The notes beneath the pieces were generated by a model that made no database searches, was not told the origin of the DNA, and was given only the letters and a program-made list of their open reading frames with translations. This document shows positions 28,586 through 36,906 of a stretch of DNA of 64,000 nt, one piece after another. This stretch comes from Candidatus Nanosyncoccus sp. (lineage in GTDB: Bacteria > Patescibacteriota > Saccharimonadia > Saccharimonadales > Saccharimonadaceae), in assembly GCA_045603805.1 (NCBI GenBank), contig JAZUMU010000009.1, positions 6,944 to 70,943 of the forward strand, read 5' to 3'. Position numbers and translations under genes: made by a program. The first letter of the stretch is position 1. Each line of letters begins with the position of its first letter.

Positions 28586-29164
28586 ATGAAAGAGCTTTTC
28601 AAAAGAACAACAACGTCAATTATTATATCGTCTATTGCGGCCTTTGTTATTGGCCTAATAATGACGATAATACCAAACATATCTTTACAAGTTATAGGGA
28701 TTATCGTCGGTATTTATGTTATAGTCCATGGTGTCACATTGATTGTTTTAGATTTTACGTCTCACAATGTTTATATGCCGTTTTACGGGATTATCTCTGG
28801 TCTGCTTTCTATTATTGTTGGGATCGTCTTAATTACGATGCCCAATATTCTGTCTACTATCTTTGCTATAGCGCTAGGCATTTGGATCATACTATCTAGC
28901 GTCAATATTATCAGCATTTCCGTCACCGTTAGAAAGAAAGTTTCAGGTTGGGTTTGGTGGTTACTGCTCGGGGTTATTGATCTGATTTGTGGTTTTATTA
29001 TTCTATTTAATCCATTCGCATCTTCGATATCAATCGTTATGCTTGGCGGGATTATAATTATGGTACACTCTATAATCACTGTTATTGATATGATTATGAT
29101 TCGAATGAGGGCTAAGGAAATAACCGAGACGATCAAAGCCAACTTTGAAAAAACTAGTAAATAG
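28586..29164 (+). CDS. HdeD/DUF308-like membrane protein
   Basis: Six hydrophobic spans with GxxxxxxG periodicity (GIIVGIYVIVHG). SD is AAGGAG. Confidence 0.6.
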   Translation: MKELFKRTTTSIIISSIAAFVIGLIMTIIPNISLQVIGIIVGIYVIVHGVTLIVLDFTSHNVYMPFYGIISGLLSIIVGIVLITMPNILSTIFAIALGIWIILSSVNIISISVTVRKKVSGWVWWLLLGVIDLICGFIILFNPFASSISIVMLGGIIIMVHSIITVIDMIMIRMRAKEITETIKANFEKTSK

Positions 29165-29198
29165 AGCTTTAAGAAGACTTAGGTTTTTATTTATTGTT

Positions 29199-29244
29199 TT
29201 TTACTATAGAAAATGCCCGACCAGGAGGTCGGATATTTTCTATG
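29199..29244. repeat. 46-nt hairpin repeat, copy 1 (native tRNA-Gln terminator; attB-like left half)
   Basis: TTTTACTATAGAAAATGCCCGACCAGGAGGTCGGATATTTTCTATG. Long dyad TAGAAAAT..CCGACC/GGTCGG..ATTTTCTA. 45/46 identical to 29374-29419. Confidence 0.8.
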
Positions 29245-29259
29245 GCTGGGGTGGTAGGA
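29243..29259 (-). repeat. 17-nt duplicate of the tRNA-Gln 3' end
   Basis: TGGCTGGGGTGGTAGGA is identical to 52767-52783. Confidence 0.85.
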
Positions 29260-29373
29260 TTTTAGATTTTGCTATCGCAAAGTCTAATACGCCGGGCGTC
29301 GGCTCGAAAAAGAAGGTAAACTTTCTTTTTGCTCGCCTCCTACTGCGTCCGAACCGGGTTCTCGTCTATTCAC

Positions 29374-29419
29374 TTTTACTATAGAAAATGCCCGACCAGA
29401 AGGTCGGATATTTTCTATG
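29374..29419. repeat. 46-nt hairpin repeat, copy 2 (B arm of attL)
   Basis: Same sequence as copy 1 with one loop mismatch (AGGA to AGAA). Joined through TG to the island end. Confidence 0.8.
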
Positions 29420-29426
29420 TGTTGCC

Positions 29427-29444
29427 ACGTCACCTTGGAGTACG
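29427..29444. repeat. left terminal inverted repeat (putative P' arm)
   Basis: ACGTCACCTTGGAGTACG is the exact reverse complement of 52742-52759. Confidence 0.8.
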
Positions 29445-29547
29445 TTTTAGCCCGAATCGTAAAATGACACTCTTGCACCAATTAATTGAGCATTATCGTA
29501 TGGGGCGTTGTCAAAAGAAAGATAAAACTACTATGGCGTTATTGCTG

Positions 29548-30411
29548 TTATTCGTCAGTCGGTGAATATACGGAATCTTTACCTATAATGCCTAAATTAA
29601 GTTTTTCCCCGCCGACTGCTATCTTTCCATTTTTCATGGGTTCAAAATATTTTCCGTCAGGGTATTTTGGCGAGAAGAGTTCCGGCACCATAATAATAAA
29701 TGGAACCGGCCCCCAACTATCTTGCTTCATCGATAGTTGTGCGTAACCGTATATTCCATAGTTTTCTATGTCATTGGAATAGAATACTTTCCAAATGTAA
29801 TCTGTTTTACTATTAGAATCGGGCAGCCAGATAAGACTTACTGAGCTGCTTCTTGGATTATCACTGCTTATGCTCCATCCATCGGTGATGTTATTTACCT
29901 TAAACTCTCCGATACAATAGTACATATCAGTCATTTCAGCCATAAAACCTGAGCCTATAAGGTTATAATTCTGATAGTAATTATTTAAAGTAGTTGCCGT
30001 ACTTAAACCCCAATCGTCAAATCCCGGCAATGATTTCCCATTGCTAACTTTTCCCCATGCAGCGTTAACGGTGTCGGTATTGGATAATAGTATCCAAGGG
30101 CTGAATTTCATGCTTACTTCAAATGTGTAGCCATCGCTATCTTCGTGGGTATAAGAAATTTCAGTCCAATCTATATCAATGGATGGAGTCTCTGTTGGCG
30201 CTTCTGTAGGCTTTTCTGTTGGTTTTGCGGTCGAGATTTCTGTGGCTACTTCAATTATATTATCGCTTGTTATTTGAGGTTGATCGATTTCGTTGCTAAT
30301 CGTATTGTCAGCTGAGTTACAACTGGTAAAAGATATGGTCATTATTATAGCGATTAATAATGATAATACCTTTTTTAGGTTCCTGTTTTCAGTAATGTTT
30401 ATTCTTTTCAT
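29548..30411 (-). CDS. lipoprotein, function unknown
   Basis: Signal peptide with lipobox ISFTSC, then a Thr/Pro/Glu-rich linker (KPTEKPTEAPTETP). Confidence 0.65.
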   Translation of the reverse strand: MKRINITENRNLKKVLSLLIAIIMTISFTSCNSADNTISNEIDQPQITSDNIIEVATEISTAKPTEKPTEAPTETPSIDIDWTEISYTHEDSDGYTFEVSMKFSPWILLSNTDTVNAAWGKVSNGKSLPGFDDWGLSTATTLNNYYQNYNLIGSGFMAEMTDMYYCIGEFKVNNITDGWSISSDNPRSSSVSLIWLPDSNSKTDYIWKVFYSNDIENYGIYGYAQLSMKQDSWGPVPFIIMVPELFSPKYPDGKYFEPMKNGKIAVGGEKLNLGIIGKDSVYSPTDE

Positions 30412-30432
30412 TTTGTTTCCCCTTAGATAATA

Positions 30433-31092
30433 TTACGGTCTTCTCTCTCCGCAGCCGCAGGTTCCGACGTAGACTGAGTTCACTTTGCCGCAAGAGGGAC
30501 ATTGCCATTCGTCTGCGCCAACCGCAGCATTTCGGTTTGGCTGAAGAATTGTTCCCATATGTTTTGGTGTACCACAACCGCAGGTGGTAACGTAGGACGG
30601 ATTGATCTTCAGACACTGAGGGCATTGCCATTCCGGACCTGCAGCTGAGCGTGTGGAGCTTTTTGTATCCCTCGGCTTCGATTCGCCGCACTCGCACTTT
30701 GACATAAGCATCGCGTTCATACGTCCGCATCTCGGACATTTCCAGCCTTTAGCTGTTTCGTTTTCTATAGGCTTGGCGTGTGATAATTTGGTGGTAGGCT
30801 GATGCACAAGCTCTCGCTCAAGATTTTGAGCGCTGTCTACAAGCTGACCGAAGCCGTAAAGCACATAGGTGCTGACAACCGAGATGATCGAGCCGAGAAT
30901 GATTTTTAAGATACCGCCCCATACGGTCACTCCCTGTACACCGGCGATTACGTTTCCGTAACTTGAAGCATACTTGCCCAGCTTCACGGCGTTCACAATG
31001 TCGATTATACCTAAAATGACACTGGCGATGATTCCTGCTACTGCAAGAAAGCTTGCTAAACCTTTGATTTTGTTTCCAATGTTTTCGTACAT
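30433..31092 (-). CDS. membrane protein with three C-terminal zinc-ribbon repeats
   Basis: Three TM spans, then three repeats of W[KQ]CP[RQS]CG...C.CG. SD is AGGAGG. Confidence 0.65.
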   Translation of the reverse strand: MYENIGNKIKGLASFLAVAGIIASVILGIIDIVNAVKLGKYASSYGNVIAGVQGVTVWGGILKIILGSIISVVSTYVLYGFGQLVDSAQNLERELVHQPTTKLSHAKPIENETAKGWKCPRCGRMNAMLMSKCECGESKPRDTKSSTRSAAGPEWQCPQCLKINPSYVTTCGCGTPKHMGTILQPNRNAAVGADEWQCPSCGKVNSVYVGTCGCGERRP

Positions 31093-31165
31093 GATTTTAC
31101 CTCCTGTGTTTGATAATTATTATTCAGCTCACACGAGTGAGCAAAAGGTCTTATTGATTTATTTC

Positions 31166-32140
31166 TTATTCGCTTGCTATCATCGATCCGTCTGATCCGT
31201 AGCTTATATTGTAAGATTCGCCTTCATCATCCTCAGATAGCTTCACAGTTATTCTTTGAACCAATCCTTCTTCATCTCTTTCAAATTCATAGATACGCTG
31301 GTTTTCGTCCGAAAGGTGCATTATACCGGATGTTCTGAAGCCATTGGCGTCATAATGAAATTCGAGCCTTGCTTGTTCGATGTGTTCATTATTACCATTA
31401 CCGCTGTCGACACCTTTTAAGTGCAGTTCGTATGTAATCTGATCCGCTGCACCGTCTGTGTTATATGAATAATGAGTGTGGCTGAATTGAGAACAGTTAT
31501 CCTCTTCAAAACGATGGTTTACATCGTACAAAGCGTCTTCTGAAAATCCTACGGAACCGTCATTAACGTCTTCTTTTGCAAACAGATTGACAGCCGATAT
31601 AGATTGGTCGTTGTCATATTCGAATGTGACAACGTAAGAGGTATTAGCAAAAAATAATCTTTCGATTCTACCATCGGTTGCGGTAATGACGCGATAAACG
31701 CCAAAATCACCGGCTTCGTCAGCGTGTTTTGTTATTCGAAGTTCGGATAAAGTATATCCGTTTTCCGGTTGCGACGAGGAGTCTTCTGTTAATGGATTAA
31801 GCAATCCTATAGGCGGATAAAGAGAATTCCTCGTCCCCGTTCCATAAAGCAAATACTCATAAGGAGATTCGTATGTAGACTTATATTGAATCAATACCAT
31901 ATTCTGATCTAATTCGTAAAGGCGAAAGCAGTATAAGGTGTTGATTTCCAAGCTCAGCGATTTGTCGAAATAACTTTTTACCTCAGACATTTCCGTCATA
32001 CCGGAGAATAGATTTTGTATATAGGGTTCGTTTGTGTTGCTCTGAGAATCGTTTTCTGTAGTTTCGGGTGTATTCAAGGAGCACCCTGTCATAAGGATTA
32101 TCAAAACCAAAGATATAAATGCTGTAAAGAATCTACTCAT
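31166..32140 (-). CDS. lipoprotein with YD/RHS-like short repeats
   Basis: Start MSRFF at a TAATG overlap with the upstream gene. Lipobox LMTGC. Motifs YNTDGAADQ, YDANGFRT and YGSDGSM. Confidence 0.65.
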   Translation of the reverse strand: MSRFFTAFISLVLIILMTGCSLNTPETTENDSQSNTNEPYIQNLFSGMTEMSEVKSYFDKSLSLEINTLYCFRLYELDQNMVLIQYKSTYESPYEYLLYGTGTRNSLYPPIGLLNPLTEDSSSQPENGYTLSELRITKHADEAGDFGVYRVITATDGRIERLFFANTSYVVTFEYDNDQSISAVNLFAKEDVNDGSVGFSEDALYDVNHRFEEDNCSQFSHTHYSYNTDGAADQITYELHLKGVDSGNGNNEHIEQARLEFHYDANGFRTSGIMHLSDENQRIYEFERDEEGLVQRITVKLSEDDEGESYNISYGSDGSMIASE

Positions 32141-33077
32141 TATTCTTTCTTCCTCCATTCCGGATTAGATGATACTACTGTTCCGTCAGATGAATAAAGG
32201 ACGTCATAAGTTGTACAATAACAGGACGGTCTATTCTTATCAAATGGATTTTGTTCGGAATATATTCTATTTACCGTTCCATCATTATTCCGATAATACT
32301 CAACATATTCTGTTTTATACTCTGTATCATCGTATCCTTGTTGAAACATATGACTTTCCCTAAGTCCGTCTTGGTCATAAGTGTACGTCACTGTCCAATG
32401 CCAATGATTGTTTTCGCTAATGGCTGATTGAAGAGTTCCGTCCGAATTGTAGTAAAATTTTATATATACGTTAGCGTTATCAAATGTTTTTGTCATATCA
32501 AACGCTTTATCGGACTTGGTTTTATAGTATGTGTTTATCTCGGAAATAGTATCATCAGAGTTATAACTAAAGCATGTGATTTCAAGCAACAGGTCGTTTG
32601 ACGGAGCATAACGTAGTATTCTTTCATACTGATCTTTAACAATATAAAAATCTGTATAATCAATTAATTTATTATAGTAATTAGGATACGATAGTTTTGA
32701 TAGGGTGTACTCATTATCGTCAACAGTTTGGTGTGACAACACTGTTTCTGTTATATCATCAAAGTATCCTTTATATGATAAAGCATATACAGAAGCGCCT
32801 CCGTTGTATCCAATATATTTTATTGTTGAAGTTTCTGTTTCACGATACTGAATAATGTCAAAGTTGTAGCCAAACAGATATGAATAATCATAAAACCGAA
32901 AAGAGTACAGTTCATCTATGCGTAAAAGCAGAGTTTTATCAAAATAGTTATATACTTCCGATAAATCGGATACAACAGAAAAACGATTTTGGACCCTTTT
33001 GGTATCTGCGTTGTCAGAGCAAGCAGAGGTAAAAACATAAAACAGAAAATCAATAATAATGCTGTTATCTTCTTCAT
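32140..33077 (-). pseudogene. paralogous lipoprotein gene with an apparent 1-nt frameshift in the signal-peptide region
   Basis: GGAG-ATG MKKITALLLIFCFMF is in one frame. The lipobox FTSAC and the rest of the protein are in another frame. That part includes LSEVYNYFDKTLLLRIDELY, homologous to the downstream paralog. The switch lies within T-runs at 33031-33049. Confidence 0.6.
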
Positions 33078-33114
33078 AATCTTTTCTCCATTAAACAAGT
33101 GGTATGTGATAAAA

Positions 33115-35316
33115 CTAATAGTTGCGTATGTATTCAATCAATGAAGATTGGTTAACAAGGTTTTCGCTCTTTATACGATCCCAATTAAACGCGTCGTCAG
33201 ATGATGATTTGTATTCTTCTTCACTGACTTCTTCGTCGTTGATTTTATAATAAGTTGTATAACCGGATGAATAATCATCTACATCCATTGTGCCGTTTTT
33301 AGTTACATAACATGAATCACCATCGAACATCAGGAAATGCCATCCGCTGTTCATCATCCCTCCTATATATGAAAACAATTCTCCGGTTTTTTCTCGATAT
33401 GTAAACACTCCTGCGGCGATCTCTTCGTTCTGAACGGTTCCATCTTCTATCCAGCATAGCTGATAAACACTTGCGTGAGCTCCGGTATCTGTGTGTATAA
33501 TCAATTCAGGCATGTCATCATCATTGATATAAAACAATTCACCGGAAAAATAAGATTTTTCCATACTATTCAGATAGTCTATATAGAGCTGTTTATAATC
33601 AGTTGTCTCAATAGAATTGGTTACAGGTTCTATTGGAGGGTCGGCGTTTTCATCTGCTGATTTTGTAACCGCAGGCAATTCGGGTATTCTATTGGTACTG
33701 CGGTAAAGCGTCCAATAGGATTTGCCGTCTATTACCTTTTCCGATACCTCAACGTAGTTGGTTTCAAGCACTCCGCCGGAATAATAGCTTGCTGTTCGGT
33801 CATACACAATGTAATACTTGTTGCCGTCATATCTGACGGTTTTGTAAGTCAACTGATAGCCGGGATCGCCAATCCCGCTGAGTCTGTTGTATAAATATTT
33901 CTTCCCGTCCAGTTCGTATTCATATAAGTATTGACCATGCTGGGGAGCAAACTGGCTTTTGTCTGCGCTCAAAGTAGCTTGCAGCATGTTGCTACACGTT
34001 TCTTCAGGTATATTAAGGATGTTATGCATCGCCCACAAGACCTTATCTTCATCAAAGGCGACATAACCATAATCATCGTACATCTTAAGAGGATCAGAAT
34101 TTACAGTCCAGTCTTCCAGTGCTGATTCTCCCGGATATATAGTCAGATTGAGGCAAGAAGGATGGCTTGCTATCATACCGACTAATTTGTCATAAATATT
34201 ATCGAGGTTGTTGCAGTCATAGTCTCTTACGCTCTCGCCTTCGCCGCCGGTATAGGCAAAGTTAAATTGATAAATAAACTGGTACATGCTGTCGGGAAGC
34301 TCAGACGGATCAACATCCACTACGGTGGGAGCTTCTGTAGGAGCGACGGTTTGCGGCTCCTGTGACGCTTCTTCCTGTGCTACAGCGATTGCTTCGGTTG
34401 CCTCGGTATTATCCGTTTTAGGATTCGTTATTGTCTTCCACGCGAATACTCCGCCGCCCGCGACTAATCCGATTGCAACGACTCCGGCTGCCAGCTTTCC
34501 CCACAGCGGAAAGGATGCCTTTGCCGCTACAGCCGCGTGCTTTGCTGCGCCTGTTGCTGTACGAGCTGTGTTGGCAACCGCATGAGCAGCGCTTGTTTGT
34601 CCGACAGGAGCGCTAAATAAGGCATTGTTGATCTGACTGTATATACCGGCAGCTGTTTTTGCTGATATTCCGCTTTTTTGGATTTGCCGGATGAAAACGC
34701 CAGCAAAGGGGATAAGCGCAACTCCTGCGGCGCCGTAAAACTTCTCTCCGGTTTTCTTCTCCTGTTCCTCAATCTCAGTACGGATTGCTTTGCGGGCAAG
34801 AAATAGTCTTGATTTTACCGTACCTTCTGAGCAGTCCATGATTTCGGCGATTTCTTCGATGCTCATTTCGTTAAAGTAATACAGCAGGATGGTTTCTTTC
34901 TGTACAACTGAGAGTTCATTAATAATCTTTCTAAGACGGCTTGAAAGATCGTCTCTCTCGGCGTATTGCTCCGGCAACAGTAGATCGGATTCGATCTGCA
35001 TGACTTCGCCGTCCTCGCTTTCGTCCTCAACAGACAGATTCGGCTTACTTCTGCGGAGCAAAGAATTACATTCATTGATAGTGATCCGCTGCAACCACGC
35101 GTTGAATGCGGCTGGATTATCCAGCTTATCAATATTCTGCCAAGCCTTAACAAAGGTTGTTTGTAGTATATCCTCTGCGTCGGCAGAGTTTTTGACTGTC
35201 ATTTGCGCCAGCGCATATATCTTTTCAAAGTACAGTTTGTACAACTCTTCAAAAGCATTCGTGTTCCCGTTCTTAGCGGCAAGCACCAATGCTGTTTCGC
35301 GATTTTTATCTGACAT
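33115..35316 (-). CDS. sigma-70 family (ECF-like) sigma factor fused to TM segment(s) and a large C-terminal extracytoplasmic domain
   Basis: Region 2 (FEELYKLYFEKIY, DILQTTFVKAW, AWLQRITINE) and region 4 (EIAEIMDCSEGTVKSRL). Hydrophobic spans follow (LWGKLAAGVVAIGLVAGGGVFAW), then about 430 aa. Confidence 0.75.
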   Translation of the reverse strand: MSDKNRETALVLAAKNGNTNAFEELYKLYFEKIYALAQMTVKNSADAEDILQTTFVKAWQNIDKLDNPAAFNAWLQRITINECNSLLRRSKPNLSVEDESEDGEVMQIESDLLLPEQYAERDDLSSRLRKIINELSVVQKETILLYYFNEMSIEEIAEIMDCSEGTVKSRLFLARKAIRTEIEEQEKKTGEKFYGAAGVALIPFAGVFIRQIQKSGISAKTAAGIYSQINNALFSAPVGQTSAAHAVANTARTATGAAKHAAVAAKASFPLWGKLAAGVVAIGLVAGGGVFAWKTITNPKTDNTEATEAIAVAQEEASQEPQTVAPTEAPTVVDVDPSELPDSMYQFIYQFNFAYTGGEGESVRDYDCNNLDNIYDKLVGMIASHPSCLNLTIYPGESALEDWTVNSDPLKMYDDYGYVAFDEDKVLWAMHNILNIPEETCSNMLQATLSADKSQFAPQHGQYLYEYELDGKKYLYNRLSGIGDPGYQLTYKTVRYDGNKYYIVYDRTASYYSGGVLETNYVEVSEKVIDGKSYWTLYRSTNRIPELPAVTKSADENADPPIEPVTNSIETTDYKQLYIDYLNSMEKSYFSGELFYINDDDMPELIIHTDTGAHASVYQLCWIEDGTVQNEEIAAGVFTYREKTGELFSYIGGMMNSGWHFLMFDGDSCYVTKNGTMDVDDYSSGYTTYYKINDEEVSEEEYKSSSDDAFNWDRIKSENLVNQSSLIEYIRNY

Positions 35317-35460
35317 TATGTACATCCCCCTTAGCTTTTCACTACATAGACGCAGAAACTTTTCATTTGGTTTAATGATTTTTAAATTTTTTCTAGAAAT
35401 AGTTTTAAAAATGCTTTATGTCTCTATAATGCCATATTCTCGTATGATAAACTAATATTG

Positions 35461-36063
35461 ATGGGAGGTAGGTTGAGATTAGATAAAACTAAGCGCAATC
35501 GAAAGTATCAATACAATAACCGGATAATCCAAAAAGTGATAATAGGATTAAACAAATCCCATCGGTGGCATATCACATTAAAACAGATAATCAATAAGAC
35601 TAAGCTGACAAAGCATACTTTATATTCTCATTACCCTGATATTGATAATGCTCTGAACACAATAGAGAGCGAACTGATTCATGAGTATAAGGATGAAATA
35701 TCACACGGGACAGCATCTTTAGCAAAAATCGTTCCGGATAAAAACCGGCGGTTGTTTTATATCACGATGCTGCATATGTCAAAGAATAAGGATGTTTTTA
35801 TAGCTGTCTGTGATGATATCGCTAACTATACATTACTGTATAAAATGATTGAAGAAGTGTATCCTATGCTTGATATCACTTGGTTTCCATTAAGTTCTCC
35901 CGCTCCAAGCGTCGGCAATGAAAGAGCAGATATGTATATCAGTATGTGCGTGGAAATACTGAGTAAATGGGGATATAAAACAAGTTGTAATATTCATAAA
36001 GCTGATAGATACATAAACAGGTTATTGCGAATCACATCGGATGCTTCCATGAGATGTAGATAG
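35461..36063 (+). CDS. TetR-like HTH transcriptional regulator (weak call)
   Basis: N-terminal ITLKQIINKTKLTKHTLYSHYPDIDNAL resembles the TetR HTH. Divergent from the sigma gene. The start is uncertain (ATG 35461 or TTG 35473). Confidence 0.45.
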   Translation: MGGRLRLDKTKRNRKYQYNNRIIQKVIIGLNKSHRWHITLKQIINKTKLTKHTLYSHYPDIDNALNTIESELIHEYKDEISHGTASLAKIVPDKNRRLFYITMLHMSKNKDVFIAVCDDIANYTLLYKMIEEVYPMLDITWFPLSSPAPSVGNERADMYISMCVEILSKWGYKTSCNIHKADRYINRLLRITSDASMRCR

Positions 36064-36280
36064 ACGTTTATTAGGAGAAAATAACTGCCTAAAATTCCCG
36101 ATGTAACATTTTTATTATGTTGTAAACTACTATACCATAATATATATAACTTTTCAAGAAAATGGTCTGCATTTCATTAAACAAATCCACACGACCTCTA
36201 TAAAGTATACATAGTAAATGCGCTTCGGATTTGGGAAATGTTCATAAATAAATGTAACAAAATAATAAGAATGTTAAATT

Positions 36281-36326
36281 CCCCTTATCCAAGTGCGGTA
36301 CAATGTACGCAAACTTGAATAAGGGG
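36281..36326. promoter_or_regulatory. 46-nt imperfect palindrome immediately upstream of the tyrosine recombinase gene
   Basis: CCCCTTATCCAAGT-GCGGTACAATGTACGCAA-ACTTGAATAAGGGG. 13 of 14 outer pairs match, and the spacer has an inner dyad GTACA-A-TGTAC. It ends 14 nt before the ATG. Confidence 0.4.
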
Positions 36327-36339
36327 TTGTATATTAATT

Positions 36340-36906
36340 ATGGCAAAAACCGAACCTATACGCGACAAAGAACAGATAAAGGCTTTAGCCGATTACTTTT
36401 TGAAACAAGGTCAAATGAGAAACTATGTCATGCTGATCATGGGAATATACACGGCTACAAGGATCAGCGATTTGTTGAACCTGAAATGGGATGATGTATA
36501 TAACCCGATAGCCAAATGCTTTCGTCAGCATTTGATATTGTTTGAACATAAGACCGGCAAGCGCAGAGCTATAGCCATTAATGAAAAGGTGGTTCATGCC
36601 CTGAGTATATATATGCCTTGCCGTAAAAGCGAATATATCTTTGATAACGGACGCGGCAAACCTCTCAGCCGCGTTCAGGCGTGGCGTATCATGCACGATG
36701 CCACTAAGGAGATGGGGATTGAAGATACCATAGCTTGTCACGGGCTGAGAAAAACATGGGGATACCATGCTTGGACAAGTCAAGCGGTATCCCCGGTAGT
36801 CATTATGGATGTTTATAATCATAGCAGCTATGATGTCACAAAGCGCTATCTCGGAGTAGAACAGGACGATTTGGATAAGGCATATTTAGGGATGAAGCTC
36901 GTCTAA
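36340..36906 (+). CDS. small tyrosine recombinase (phage-integrase catalytic domain only)
   Basis: ATRISDLLNLKWDDV (Arg I), HGLRKTWGYHA (H-x-x-R) and NHSSYDVTKRYL (catalytic Tyr). Only 188 aa. Confidence 0.8.
   Translation: MAKTEPIRDKEQIKALADYFLKQGQMRNYVMLIMGIYTATRISDLLNLKWDDVYNPIAKCFRQHLILFEHKTGKRRAIAINEKVVHALSIYMPCRKSEYIFDNGRGKPLSRVQAWRIMHDATKEMGIEDTIACHGLRKTWGYHAWTSQAVSPVVIMDVYNHSSYDVTKRYLGVEQDDLDKAYLGMKLV

Noticed and set aside
29260-29373. The 114-nt spacer between the tRNA fragment and hairpin copy 2, considered as a pseudo-tRNA or small RNA gene.
   Set aside because: I could not fold a D, anticodon or T arm on either strand. Only the 17-nt acceptor/T-stem fragment matches tRNA-Gln.
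29145-29746. Four small track ORFs (29145-29384, 29284-29481, 29329-29565, 29486-29746) across the att region.
   Set aside because: They run through the duplicated terminator hairpins and the tRNA fragment. They have no SD and overlap each other in different frames. The region is better explained as att and terminator sequence.
34286-35455. Plus-strand ORFs (34286-34585, 34431-34616, 34889-35455) and alternative minus-strand frames (34527-34799, 34863-35153) within the sigma factor gene.
   Set aside because: These are shadow frames of a well-supported 733-aa gene. Their composition is low-complexity Ser/Ala/Leu and none has an SD.
36303-36822. ORFs 36303-36494 (+) and 36385-36822 (-) overlapping the tyrosine recombinase gene.
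   Set aside because: The recombinase frame carries the R...HxxR...Y catalytic motifs. The others have no motifs or signals.
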